From a virus (Duplodnaviria; Heunggongvirae; Uroviricota; Caudoviricetes): a stretch of 12,402 nt of DNA. The stretch is taken from IMG/VR virus record IMGVR_UViG_3300032167_000069, one strand, 5' to 3'. Below are positions 5,345 to 12,402 of the stretch, in pieces (the first letter of the stretch is position 1; each line of letters starts with the position of its first letter). Position numbers and translations under genes: made by a program. The notes beneath the pieces are model-generated. The model searched no databases. It saw only the letters and a list, made by a program, of their open reading frames with translations, and had not been told where the DNA came from.

Positions 5345-8300
5345 CTATTCATAAATGTGTGAATAGGCTGTTAGAGTAAAGTATGAGCCGTCTTTATCAT
5401 AATTTGTACACAATATAATATCGTCTTTTTTAATAGGATCGTTATTATATATTTTGTTAAATACTGTAAAACGGCTTTCTACTCCACTGCCTATTGACTG
5501 TGTTATAATGCTATAACCAAATTGAACGCCATCTCTTTTTCTTTTTAGAGGATAAACCTCTTTTACAAAAAGTTTTCTGCGGTCATTATCTTTGCCGGAC
5601 ACATATCCTGTATAACCCATAATATCCGAAAAATTTTTGACCTTTAATATATCGCTTAAATCTGGCATATTTGTATCTTTCAGCATTTGCTCACATTCTC
5701 GCATTATTGCAACAACATCCAAAAGAATATAACTTTTTGATTCAGCTCCACTCTTTGTTTTGTCATTTGCATATTTTTTTACAATGCTATCAATTGGTGT
5801 ATCTGCAATACTTTCTTTTTTAATCTGTTTTGCAGAACCTTTTTTAAACATTTCAAATATATCGCATATTCTTAAAAGCTCTCTTTGATTTCCAAACTCC
5901 GTAAAATAATCAATCTTAATCAAGATATCAATTTGTCTGGAATTTGCTGATGTTTTGCTATAAATATCGCTTAATAAATCAATAAAATATGTATATTTTT
6001 TGCTCTTTGACAGTTTATAAATTTCATCTGCAATGGATTCGCTCATAAATTTAACAGATGTTAAACCTTTTGCAATTATGTTTTGTTCCTTGTCAAAGAA
6101 ATAATCTCCTTTTGAATATCCAAATTTGGGAGATGTTATTTTTACCCCAACCTTTTTTGCATACTTAACTATTGCCGCCGTTTTCTCTGCGTTATCTTTA
6201 AAAATGTTTAAAGCGGCAGTAATAAACTCAATAGGATGATAGTAACGCAAATATCCACAAATATAACCAATTAGACTGTAGGCATCACTATGATTCCAAG
6301 AAAATGCATAATCACTCGCATCCAAAATGCCCTGTTTAATTGGTGGGAAAATTTCTTCAAGCTTCTCTGTTAGTACGTTAAATGTAACATTTGAAAAATC
6401 AAGAAATCTATCGTGAATTTCTCCGATGAATTGCTCTGTGCCTTTTTTCTTGGCAATTCCTCGTCTTACCGTATCACTTTCGGCATCTGAGTAACCACAG
6501 AAATTTTTACAGAAACGCATAATATCTTCCTGCATTGTAATGCGTCCAAAGGTCATAGCCAACGCATCGTCTAACTCTTTAAAACCTGTAACATTCACAT
6601 TACCATTGGCAATATCATCACGGAAACTTGCACATCCGGGGCGAATTAATCCGTTACCAAAAGATAGCCACTTAATATACGAGAAATCTTTATTGACCTC
6701 TTTAGCTTTTGCTATAGTGGAGTCCGACATAAACTTTTTTAAGTATGCTTGCGCTGAGTTTGACTCCCATTGGAAAATCAGCGTCGTATCGTCACGAATG
6801 CTCTTCCACACTGCTTCGTCATCCAAATCAACATTATCAGGATCGAGTCTATCAATACCAAGAATTTTACAGGTCTCATTGATAACGCCTATATTATCTA
6901 ACCCCAGAATATCCAGCTTAACATACATCAGGTCGTCAAGCTCTTTCATATTTATCATTGATACAGGATAGTCAGATGTTGAAATACTGCAAAGACCAAC
7001 TGTTTCATCTATTGGCAAATCACTAATTAATACACCGCTTGGATGAGTTCCTATAGATACAATTGTTCCATCAACGATGTCCACATAAGTGAAAACCTCT
7101 GGGTATTCCTTACGCCATTTTTCATCAATTTCCCACTTCTTTTTATCATTTAAGAAAACTGCATTACTAAGTTGTTGTGCTTCATTGAGTGATACATTTA
7201 AAGCTCTGCAAACATCCTTAATGGCACCTTTCATCGCTATAGTATTAAATGTAATAATTTCTGCCGACCTAATCTCTGGTAGGTTCATTTTATCTCTTAA
7301 TAAAAACTGTTTTACTGTGTCTCTGTCTTTACCAGAATAGTCCGTATCAATATCAGCATTGGTGACACGAGAGGGGTTCATAAAACGGAAAAAGTTAAGG
7401 TCGAATTTCAAACTATCCATCTTTGTAATACCTAAAATGTAAGCTATCATACTGCCTGAGACAGAACCTCTACCATATCCGCATTGAATACCATTTGCCG
7501 CTTCCCATTCACGAAGATACGTTTGTAATAACATAAAGTCGATTGATTGGGTTTTTTCATAAACCTCAAACTCTTCTTCAATTACTTTGTTGATACGTTC
7601 TTCCGAATAACGTTCTTTAATATATGGATTTTTTTCTTTTGCTTCCATAACTTTTTGTCTAAAAGTTTCCTTTGGATTGTCGTATATATGCGGATATTTT
7701 GTGTTGGTATCAAGTGTAAACTCTTCAACCATATCAGCAAGACGATTTGTGTTGTCTATCGCTTGCATATAATCCTCTTTGGGTAGTGAATTCTGAATTT
7801 TATATGCTTCAACTATTTCTTGAAAGCTGTGGAACTTTAAATCCCACTTATCTTCACCTTCAAAATAAATGTTTTTTGAGCGTTGCAAGATACTCCTTCC
7901 CTTTTCGTGTACCTCGTTCAATACGTGAGTGTCAGTACCGGCAATGAGTGGAATACCATATTCTTCCGATAAACCTTTAAGATATTGATTATATTTAACT
8001 TGTTTTTCATCAATGTGATGTCCAACTTCAAAGAAACATCTCTCTTTGTTTTTGGACATAAAATTCAAAAACCTCGTCTTGGTTTTTTCCTCAGCTTTAT
8101 GTAAAACTCCGCCAATACAGGCAGTAGTGAAAATAATATTATTGCTTGTATTAAAAAGCTCCTCAAAAGAAATTCGAGGAACATAATAAAAATGATTGTC
8201 TTTTCTGTTAAAAGAGTTGGATACAAGCTTATTAAGCTCCTTAAACCCTTCGTAATTTCGTGCAATTAAAACGCAGTGGTAATTGTCTCTTATTTTTTCA

Positions 8301-8536
8301 TCAAGTGTTTCAGTTAAATAAACTTCTGCTGCGTGAATGTATTTCATACCAGCCGCTTCTATTGCTTGCTTTTTATGATACCATTCAAATACCGAGCCGT
8401 GTTCTGAAAAAGCTAATGCTTTCATTCCACATTCTTTTGCAGCCTCAATATATTCCTTAAACTTTGTAACTGAATCTATGTTTGTTACACCATTAGACAA
8501 ATCACTATGTAAATGATAAATAACGTAATTACTCAA
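5345..8536 (-). CDS. dnaE: DNA polymerase III alpha subunit (DnaE-type, family C)
   Basis: PHP domain (HLHSD, SEHG, GTDTH), GYGRGSVSGS, catalytic ADIDTD, GTHPSGV, KLDILGL, YAFSWNHSDAY. Start reassigned to TTG at 8536 (AGGAGGT at 8544-8550, 7-nt spacer, TTGA overlap with the primase stop), giving ~1063 aa. Confidence 0.96.
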   Translation of the reverse strand: MSNYVIYHLHSDLSNGVTNIDSVTKFKEYIEAAKECGMKALAFSEHGSVFEWYHKKQAIEAAGMKYIHAAEVYLTETLDEKIRDNYHCVLIARNYEGFKELNKLVSNSFNRKDNHFYYVPRISFEELFNTSNNIIFTTACIGGVLHKAEEKTKTRFLNFMSKNKERCFFEVGHHIDEKQVKYNQYLKGLSEEYGIPLIAGTDTHVLNEVHEKGRSILQRSKNIYFEGEDKWDLKFHSFQEIVEAYKIQNSLPKEDYMQAIDNTNRLADMVEEFTLDTNTKYPHIYDNPKETFRQKVMEAKEKNPYIKERYSEERINKVIEEEFEVYEKTQSIDFMLLQTYLREWEAANGIQCGYGRGSVSGSMIAYILGITKMDSLKFDLNFFRFMNPSRVTNADIDTDYSGKDRDTVKQFLLRDKMNLPEIRSAEIITFNTIAMKGAIKDVCRALNVSLNEAQQLSNAVFLNDKKKWEIDEKWRKEYPEVFTYVDIVDGTIVSIGTHPSGVLISDLPIDETVGLCSISTSDYPVSMINMKELDDLMYVKLDILGLDNIGVINETCKILGIDRLDPDNVDLDDEAVWKSIRDDTTLIFQWESNSAQAYLKKFMSDSTIAKAKEVNKDFSYIKWLSFGNGLIRPGCASFRDDIANGNVNVTGFKELDDALAMTFGRITMQEDIMRFCKNFCGYSDAESDTVRRGIAKKKGTEQFIGEIHDRFLDFSNVTFNVLTEKLEEIFPPIKQGILDASDYAFSWNHSDAYSLIGYICGYLRYYHPIEFITAALNIFKDNAEKTAAIVKYAKKVGVKITSPKFGYSKGDYFFDKEQNIIAKGLTSVKFMSESIADEIYKLSKSKKYTYFIDLLSDIYSKTSANSRQIDILIKIDYFTEFGNQRELLRICDIFEMFKKGSAKQIKKESIADTPIDSIVKKYANDKTKSGAESKSYILLDVVAIMRECEQMLKDTNMPDLSDILKVKNFSDIMGYTGYVSGKDNDRRKLFVKEVYPLKRKRDGVQFGYSIITQSIGSGVESRFTVFNKIYNNDPIKKDDIILCTNYDKDGSYFTLTAYSHIYE

Positions 8537-9516
8537 TTTATTGACCTCCTCCTCTCGTATAATTTCTTCCAAACCTCAAAACCTGCATCAACTGGAGCCA
8601 TTTTAGGCGATAGGAGATTGTCAAAATTCTTTACCCATTCAATTCTTACATATCTTTTCAATCTCTGTATATTATCATCATCTCTTATATTCACATCTTC
8701 ATCCAAAGCAAAAACCACTCTAATGCCAAGCTTTATTAAAAAGATAAGCTGTTGTGGGTTTAAGTGAGATGTTAAAATTGCACATGAATTCTTAATTCCC
8801 CATTCGTCTGCAAGCATAACTGACTTACAGCCTTCAAAAATTATTATCTCTTTCTTTTCCAGTATGGCTTGCACATTATCTGAAAACCCATATAAGGTAT
8901 CCAGATAACCAAGCGGTTTGAAATATGTGTACTTTCTTATTTCTTTTTCTTTGAAATCTTTGTCTAAAGTACGTCCACATACATTGATGATATCCCCTGA
9001 ATAATTTTTGATAGGAAAAACTATTCTGTTTGAAAAAGAGTCATAATGAACACCGAACTTCCTCATCGTTTCCAAGCTAATACCTTCATTGACCCATTCC
9101 TGTAGTTTATCAGTATTAAACTCATATCTCTCCATATAGTTAGTTGGTAGTATCACACTTTTTGATTCTTTTTCGGCAGGTGATTTCTTTTTAAACCTCT
9201 TTGCAATTTTTGTGCTTTCAAGCCGACCGACAACCTGCCCAGAACTCTCTGTGATATTGGCATATTTCTTTAAAATATTTAATGCCTCTATAAAACCACA
9301 GTCGTTATACCTTTGAATAAAAGATATCAGGTTGCCGCCCGCACCCGAACTAAAATCATAAAATTTCTGCTTGTCCGTATTCACGGAAAACGATGGGGTC
9401 TTTTCGTCTTTGAATGGAGATAGTGCCCACCACTCTCCATTTTTTTCTTCAAAATCACAGTATTGCGATATATATTCTAAAATATCAACCTGTTCTAAAA
9501 TATCATCAACTTCCAT
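8533..9516 (-). CDS. dnaG: DnaG-like DNA primase (degenerate CHC2-type N-domain plus TOPRIM)
   Basis: PFKDEKTPSFSV and GAGGNLISFI (CHC2-like), RIVFPI, GR, KY, TOPRIM IIFEG and ALDED. Located between the helicase and the polymerase. RBS GGAGGT. Confidence 0.9.
   Translation of the reverse strand: MEVDDILEQVDILEYISQYCDFEEKNGEWWALSPFKDEKTPSFSVNTDKQKFYDFSSGAGGNLISFIQRYNDCGFIEALNILKKYANITESSGQVVGRLESTKIAKRFKKKSPAEKESKSVILPTNYMERYEFNTDKLQEWVNEGISLETMRKFGVHYDSFSNRIVFPIKNYSGDIINVCGRTLDKDFKEKEIRKYTYFKPLGYLDTLYGFSDNVQAILEKKEIIIFEGCKSVMLADEWGIKNSCAILTSHLNPQQLIFLIKLGIRVVFALDEDVNIRDDDNIQRLKRYVRIEWVKNFDNLLSPKMAPVDAGFEVWKKLYERRRSIN
8544..8550 (-). promoter_or_regulatory. Shine-Dalgarno AGGAGGT for dnaE, embedded in the primase 3' end
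   Basis: Perfect anti-SD complement 7 nt upstream of TTG at 8536. Confidence 0.8.
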
Positions 9517-9530
9517 AAAAGACCTCCGGT

Positions 9531-10859
9531 TTAATATGGGGTAATTGGTATATGTTGTTTTGCTTCCTCGTAACTTATTACATTACCGTTAAAAAATAAA
9601 TCTATGTATTCATCTGGTGACATCTGAGCACCATTTCTATTAAGGCATATACGAAGTTTTTTATTACCACATTCAACTCCGTCTGCCTCAACTTCTTCAG
9701 GTGTTTTATCTTGTATAAGTGCTATAGTTGAAGCATTTCGTCCAATCTTTGCACTGTCTGCAACCTTCCCTGAAGCAGTTGCCTGTGCTGCTCCTATACC
9801 AGCAATATTCATATCACCGCAAATCTGATTTTTTACCATATCGACAAACCTTCCCAATTCTTGGTAAGAGTCGAATGCATCTCCTTCGCCTTTGCCTTTA
9901 AAGTAATCAACGATTAAAACATCTAAACCCTGTGTATGTTTTACCTTTTTTACTGCGGTATATATGCTTTGAGCATCAAACATTGGCATATATAAATGGG
10001 TGAATTTTTTTGTTTTTAACCAACCAATTGCCTGTTCAATCCTCACCTTTTCTTCTTGGGTATATCTTCCCGCTTTTAACCGATTAAATTCGATCCCTGT
10101 CAAATGAGCTATCAATCGACAAGTAAACATACGTGAATTTAATTCGCTATCAATGTAGAGGACTGCTACATCTCGTTTTAATAAATCAACCGCACAGTTC
10201 AAAAGCATCATACTTTTGCCTTGTTTTGCTTCCGCCGCAAAGATGAATAGCTCGCCACGTTCAATTGTTGCATATGTATTTAAGGTATCAAATTTAAAAG
10301 GTATTCCAGCCATTCCGCTGTCCTGTCTGGCTTCAATCTCACCCCACAGAGAATCGACCACATCTTTATATTGCGGAACTTCAGTAGTTGTAGAAAATTC
10401 CATCATAACGTCATCAAGTGCTGAATAAATTTTTTGTTCAATATCACTTTCTGAACTGTTAAAACATAATCGCTCACATTCTACAAGTTTGTTATATGTA
10501 TCCCTTCTAAAAGCCGCATCCAGTACATTTGCGACCAGAAGTTTATATTCTTCAACAGACTCTCTCGCAATAACCTTTGCGACGTCTATAAGGTCATTTA
10601 GTGCCTGAATTGTAATTGTTTCTGTTTGCTTTTTCGTAGCTTCTTTCATATTCAAAATATTTGTAATGTTGTAAGAGTCCACCTTTTCAATTCCTCGCTT
10701 TGCAAGCTCGCAAACAGCATAATATATATAGGCGTTTTGAGTGTCTGAAAAATGATTTGGTTTTAATTGTTCTGAGTAAAATGTGAATTCTGGCTTCATA
10801 ACAATAGATGCTATAATTCCAGCTTCACTTTCAATGTTTTTAATGTCGCATACATTCAA
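9531..10859 (-). CDS. dnaB: Replicative DnaB-like (SF4) helicase
   Basis: N-terminal ESEAGIIASI..P....F, then GIPFKFDTLN, Walker A AEAKQGKS, YIDSEL, Walker B LIVDY, and NRNG. TTG start with GGAGGTG RBS directly after the upstream stop. Confidence 0.92.
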   Translation of the reverse strand: MNVCDIKNIESEAGIIASIVMKPEFTFYSEQLKPNHFSDTQNAYIYYAVCELAKRGIEKVDSYNITNILNMKEATKKQTETITIQALNDLIDVAKVIARESVEEYKLLVANVLDAAFRRDTYNKLVECERLCFNSSESDIEQKIYSALDDVMMEFSTTTEVPQYKDVVDSLWGEIEARQDSGMAGIPFKFDTLNTYATIERGELFIFAAEAKQGKSMMLLNCAVDLLKRDVAVLYIDSELNSRMFTCRLIAHLTGIEFNRLKAGRYTQEEKVRIEQAIGWLKTKKFTHLYMPMFDAQSIYTAVKKVKHTQGLDVLIVDYFKGKGEGDAFDSYQELGRFVDMVKNQICGDMNIAGIGAAQATASGKVADSAKIGRNASTIALIQDKTPEEVEADGVECGNKKLRICLNRNGAQMSPDEYIDLFFNGNVISYEEAKQHIPITPY

Positions 10860-11660
10860 TTAAGCATCACCTCCGATACTTTTTGCTTTATCTCCAAACA
10901 TTTGGTAGTATTCACATTGATTGCATACGTCACATAAATACTTGCATTTAAACCATTCAACATTAGGATTCCACTCCGTTTCATTAGAAATGTCACTTAT
11001 TGTTTTGAGCGCCCATTCTTTAGTTCTTTCGTATTCATCCATATTGAATGGTTCATTAATAACCTTTTGTGTTCTAAAACAATTGAATTCCAATTCTTTG
11101 GGCAAAACACCGTATTTTTGTTCTATTGCCATTGAGTATATATAAAGTTGCCGCAGATATTTATCAAGCTCTTTATCGGATTTGGTTGGCTTAGCTTTGC
11201 CTGTTCTTTCTTTTAAATCTCTTGATTTATTATCGGTTATAACAACTCCACCACGCTCCGAAATTTTGTCAATAAATCCTATAAAGTTTTTATCGTCCAA
11301 ATTAAACAAAACCTCTTCTTCAACACCTATAATCTCCTCTTCTGGAAATTCTATGTTTTTCAAATAATCTATTCCTTGCTTGAAGTAATTTTGAAAAATT
11401 GAATATGTAGGAGCTTTGCCGACTACATTTTCTCGAAAATGCAAAAGATAGTAGCCGACAAGCTCGTCCTTTTTTAACTCGCCAGTAAGATATTTTTGAA
11501 TGATAAGGTGCATAAAAGAGCCGTAATCAGCGAAAAACTTTCTCTCTTGCCCTTTTAGCTTTTTTATGTATTTTAATAGAAATCCATAATGGCAATCTTC
11601 AAATGTAGTGATACGAGAGTAGCTCCAAAGCATATTATCAATGATGTGAGAATAGTTCAT
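10860..11660 (-). CDS. PD-(D/E)xK nuclease, Cas4/AddB/RecB-like, probable Fe-S exonuclease
   Basis: WSYSRITTFEDC (N-terminal Cys), GSFMH, E, GFIDKI, ITDNKS, QLYIY, and C-terminal CKYLCDVCNQC cluster. Confidence 0.88.
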   Translation of the reverse strand: MNYSHIIDNMLWSYSRITTFEDCHYGFLLKYIKKLKGQERKFFADYGSFMHLIIQKYLTGELKKDELVGYYLLHFRENVVGKAPTYSIFQNYFKQGIDYLKNIEFPEEEIIGVEEEVLFNLDDKNFIGFIDKISERGGVVITDNKSRDLKERTGKAKPTKSDKELDKYLRQLYIYSMAIEQKYGVLPKELEFNCFRTQKVINEPFNMDEYERTKEWALKTISDISNETEWNPNVEWFKCKYLCDVCNQCEYYQMFGDKAKSIGGDA

Positions 11661-11683
11661 TATTGCTACCTCTTATCCATTAA

Positions 11684-12070
11684 TTAGAACGGTAAATCAT
11701 CCTCGTCAGACACACCATCAATTGGATTATCGTCTAATGCACCTGTCTTTACAGGCTTTGTATCATTATTCTGTCCAGTAGAGCCATTTGCCATTTCAAA
11801 GTCAAAAACCTTGTAATTCACGTATTCTCTACCCTTGTTACTATCAAACCAAGTTGTTACATCAACATCGCCAAGCTTGATTCTTTCCTTTGTTTTTAAC
11901 TTCTCAGCTTTTGCTTTTGCATTACCGATAAAAGTACAATATCCTGAGAAATCCTGTTCGTAATTACCCTCTTTATTCTTTCTGCTTATGGATAAACGTA
12001 CTGACATCGTATTTCCTCTGCCTTCTTTAACTTCCCATACGGAAGCATAAGCACCAGTTCTAAATCCCAT
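11684..12070 (-). CDS. ssb: Single-stranded DNA-binding protein
   Basis: Beta-rich, OB-fold-sized N-terminus, flexible linker, and acidic tail ending DEDDLPF. Lies next to the annealing protein and nuclease genes. Confidence 0.85.
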   Translation of the reverse strand: MGFRTGAYASVWEVKEGRGNTMSVRLSISRKNKEGNYEQDFSGYCTFIGNAKAKAEKLKTKERIKLGDVDVTTWFDSNKGREYVNYKVFDFEMANGSTGQNNDTKPVKTGALDDNPIDGVSDEDDLPF

Positions 12071-12075
12071 ATGTA

Positions 12076-12402
12076 TTATTTCTCCTTGTCAATAGAAAAT
12101 TTTTCTGTAATCTCTTTTAGAAGATTTCCAGCAACAACCGGGTCTTCTATGTCGTAATAATTTGCACTTGCTTTACCGTTCTTACTCTTAGCATACTTCT
12201 TAACAACAGTAGCAACAGTTGCCTTATCGTCGGGTTTTACTTCAAGATAATTAACAACTAACTCATGAACCTGTTCAATAATCTGTGCAGCTATTTCTCT
12301 GTTTTCAGAGTTTTCAGCACGCTTTTGTTCATTTCTCCAATTATCAGGATCGTCATCCGATGTAGCAACATTAAAATACTTGAGCATAAAATATCTTGAA
12401 GC
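12076..12402 (-). CDS. ERF-family single-strand annealing recombinase, C-terminal part (5' end outside the window)
   Basis: The frame stays open to the window edge: ASRYFMLKYFNVATSDDDPD resembles the ERF RY-L---F-I---DDPD motif, so the track's Met is probably internal. The SSAP-SSB-exonuclease order is typical of phages. Confidence 0.65.
   Translation of the reverse strand, partial: ASRYFMLKYFNVATSDDDPDNWRNEQKRAENSENREIAAQIIEQVHELVVNYLEVKPDDKATVATVVKKYAKSKNGKASANYYDIEDPVVAGNLLKEITEKFSIDKEK

Larger units (their letters stand above)
1..12402 (-). mobile_element. Bacteriophage (or prophage) DNA replication / nucleotide metabolism module
   Basis: 17 co-oriented, abutting or overlapping genes. 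The gene set (ERF, SSB, Cas4-like nuclease, helicase, primase, DnaE, HNH-AP2, orphan methyltransferase, DUF5664, NT5C, redoxin, NrdD) and the small hypothetical ORFs are typical of tailed phages, not a bacterial chromosome. No integrase or att site is visible, so phage versus prophage cannot be decided. Confidence 0.93.

Noticed and set aside
8065-8265. 66-aa minus-strand ORF inside dnaE in another frame
   Set aside because: Fully nested in the PHP domain with no protein-like features.
114-11367. All plus-strand ORFs in the track (e.g. 114-398, 1122-1454, 3564-3974, 6540-6971, 7089-7340)
   Set aside because: They lie antisense to well-supported genes, are Ser/Leu/Phe/Ile-rich as expected for shadows of A-rich coding strands, and show no motifs.
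10860-11660. Cas4-like gene as evidence of a CRISPR-Cas locus
   Set aside because: No cas1, cas2 or repeats are present; the context is a phage recombination and replication module.
12301-12318. Direct repeat GTTTTCAG x2
   Set aside because: It encodes AENSEN in the ERF-like ORF; too short to be meaningful.
1-12402. Stop-codon reassignment, inteins, CRISPR arrays, tRNAs, intrinsic terminators
   Set aside because: All genes read full-length in the standard code, and TAA and TGA both act as stops (TAG is not tested as a stop here). DnaE, DnaB and the visible part of NrdD show no intein-sized insertions. The largest intergenic gap is about 23 nt, leaving no room for arrays or RNA genes.

Overview
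This window is a gene-dense phage DNA replication and nucleotide-metabolism module, read entirely from the minus strand as one tightly coupled operon-like run. GC is roughly one third by eye. The strong GGAGG-type ribosome-binding sites and the anaerobic ribonucleotide reductase suggest an anaerobic Firmicutes (Clostridia-like) host, which is an inference. In transcription order (right to left) the genes are: ERF-family annealing protein (5' end outside the window), SSB, Cas4/AddB-like nuclease, DnaB-like helicase, DnaG-like primase, DnaE-type DNA polymerase III alpha, four small ORFs, a free-standing HNH-AP2 endonuclease, a ThyX-like protein, an NPPY DNA methyltransferase, a DUF5664-type dNTP diphosphohydrolase, a HAD 5'(3')-deoxyribonucleotidase, a CxxC redoxin, and class III ribonucleotide reductase NrdD. 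NrdD runs off the left edge and is missing from the ORF track; I translated it by hand. The most notable points are: (1) the ThyX-like protein has TYK in place of the RHR motif and sits in a nucleotide-pool remodelling cassette; (2) NrdD has an SNCCR finger loop and a directly coupled redoxin; (3) the primase zinc-binding domain has lost all four zinc ligands; (4) the DnaE PHP domain keeps all nine metal ligands; (5) possible RNA structures flank the HNH gene; (6) GATC, CTAG and GGCC are strongly avoided. All family calls come from motif recognition; no database searches were run.
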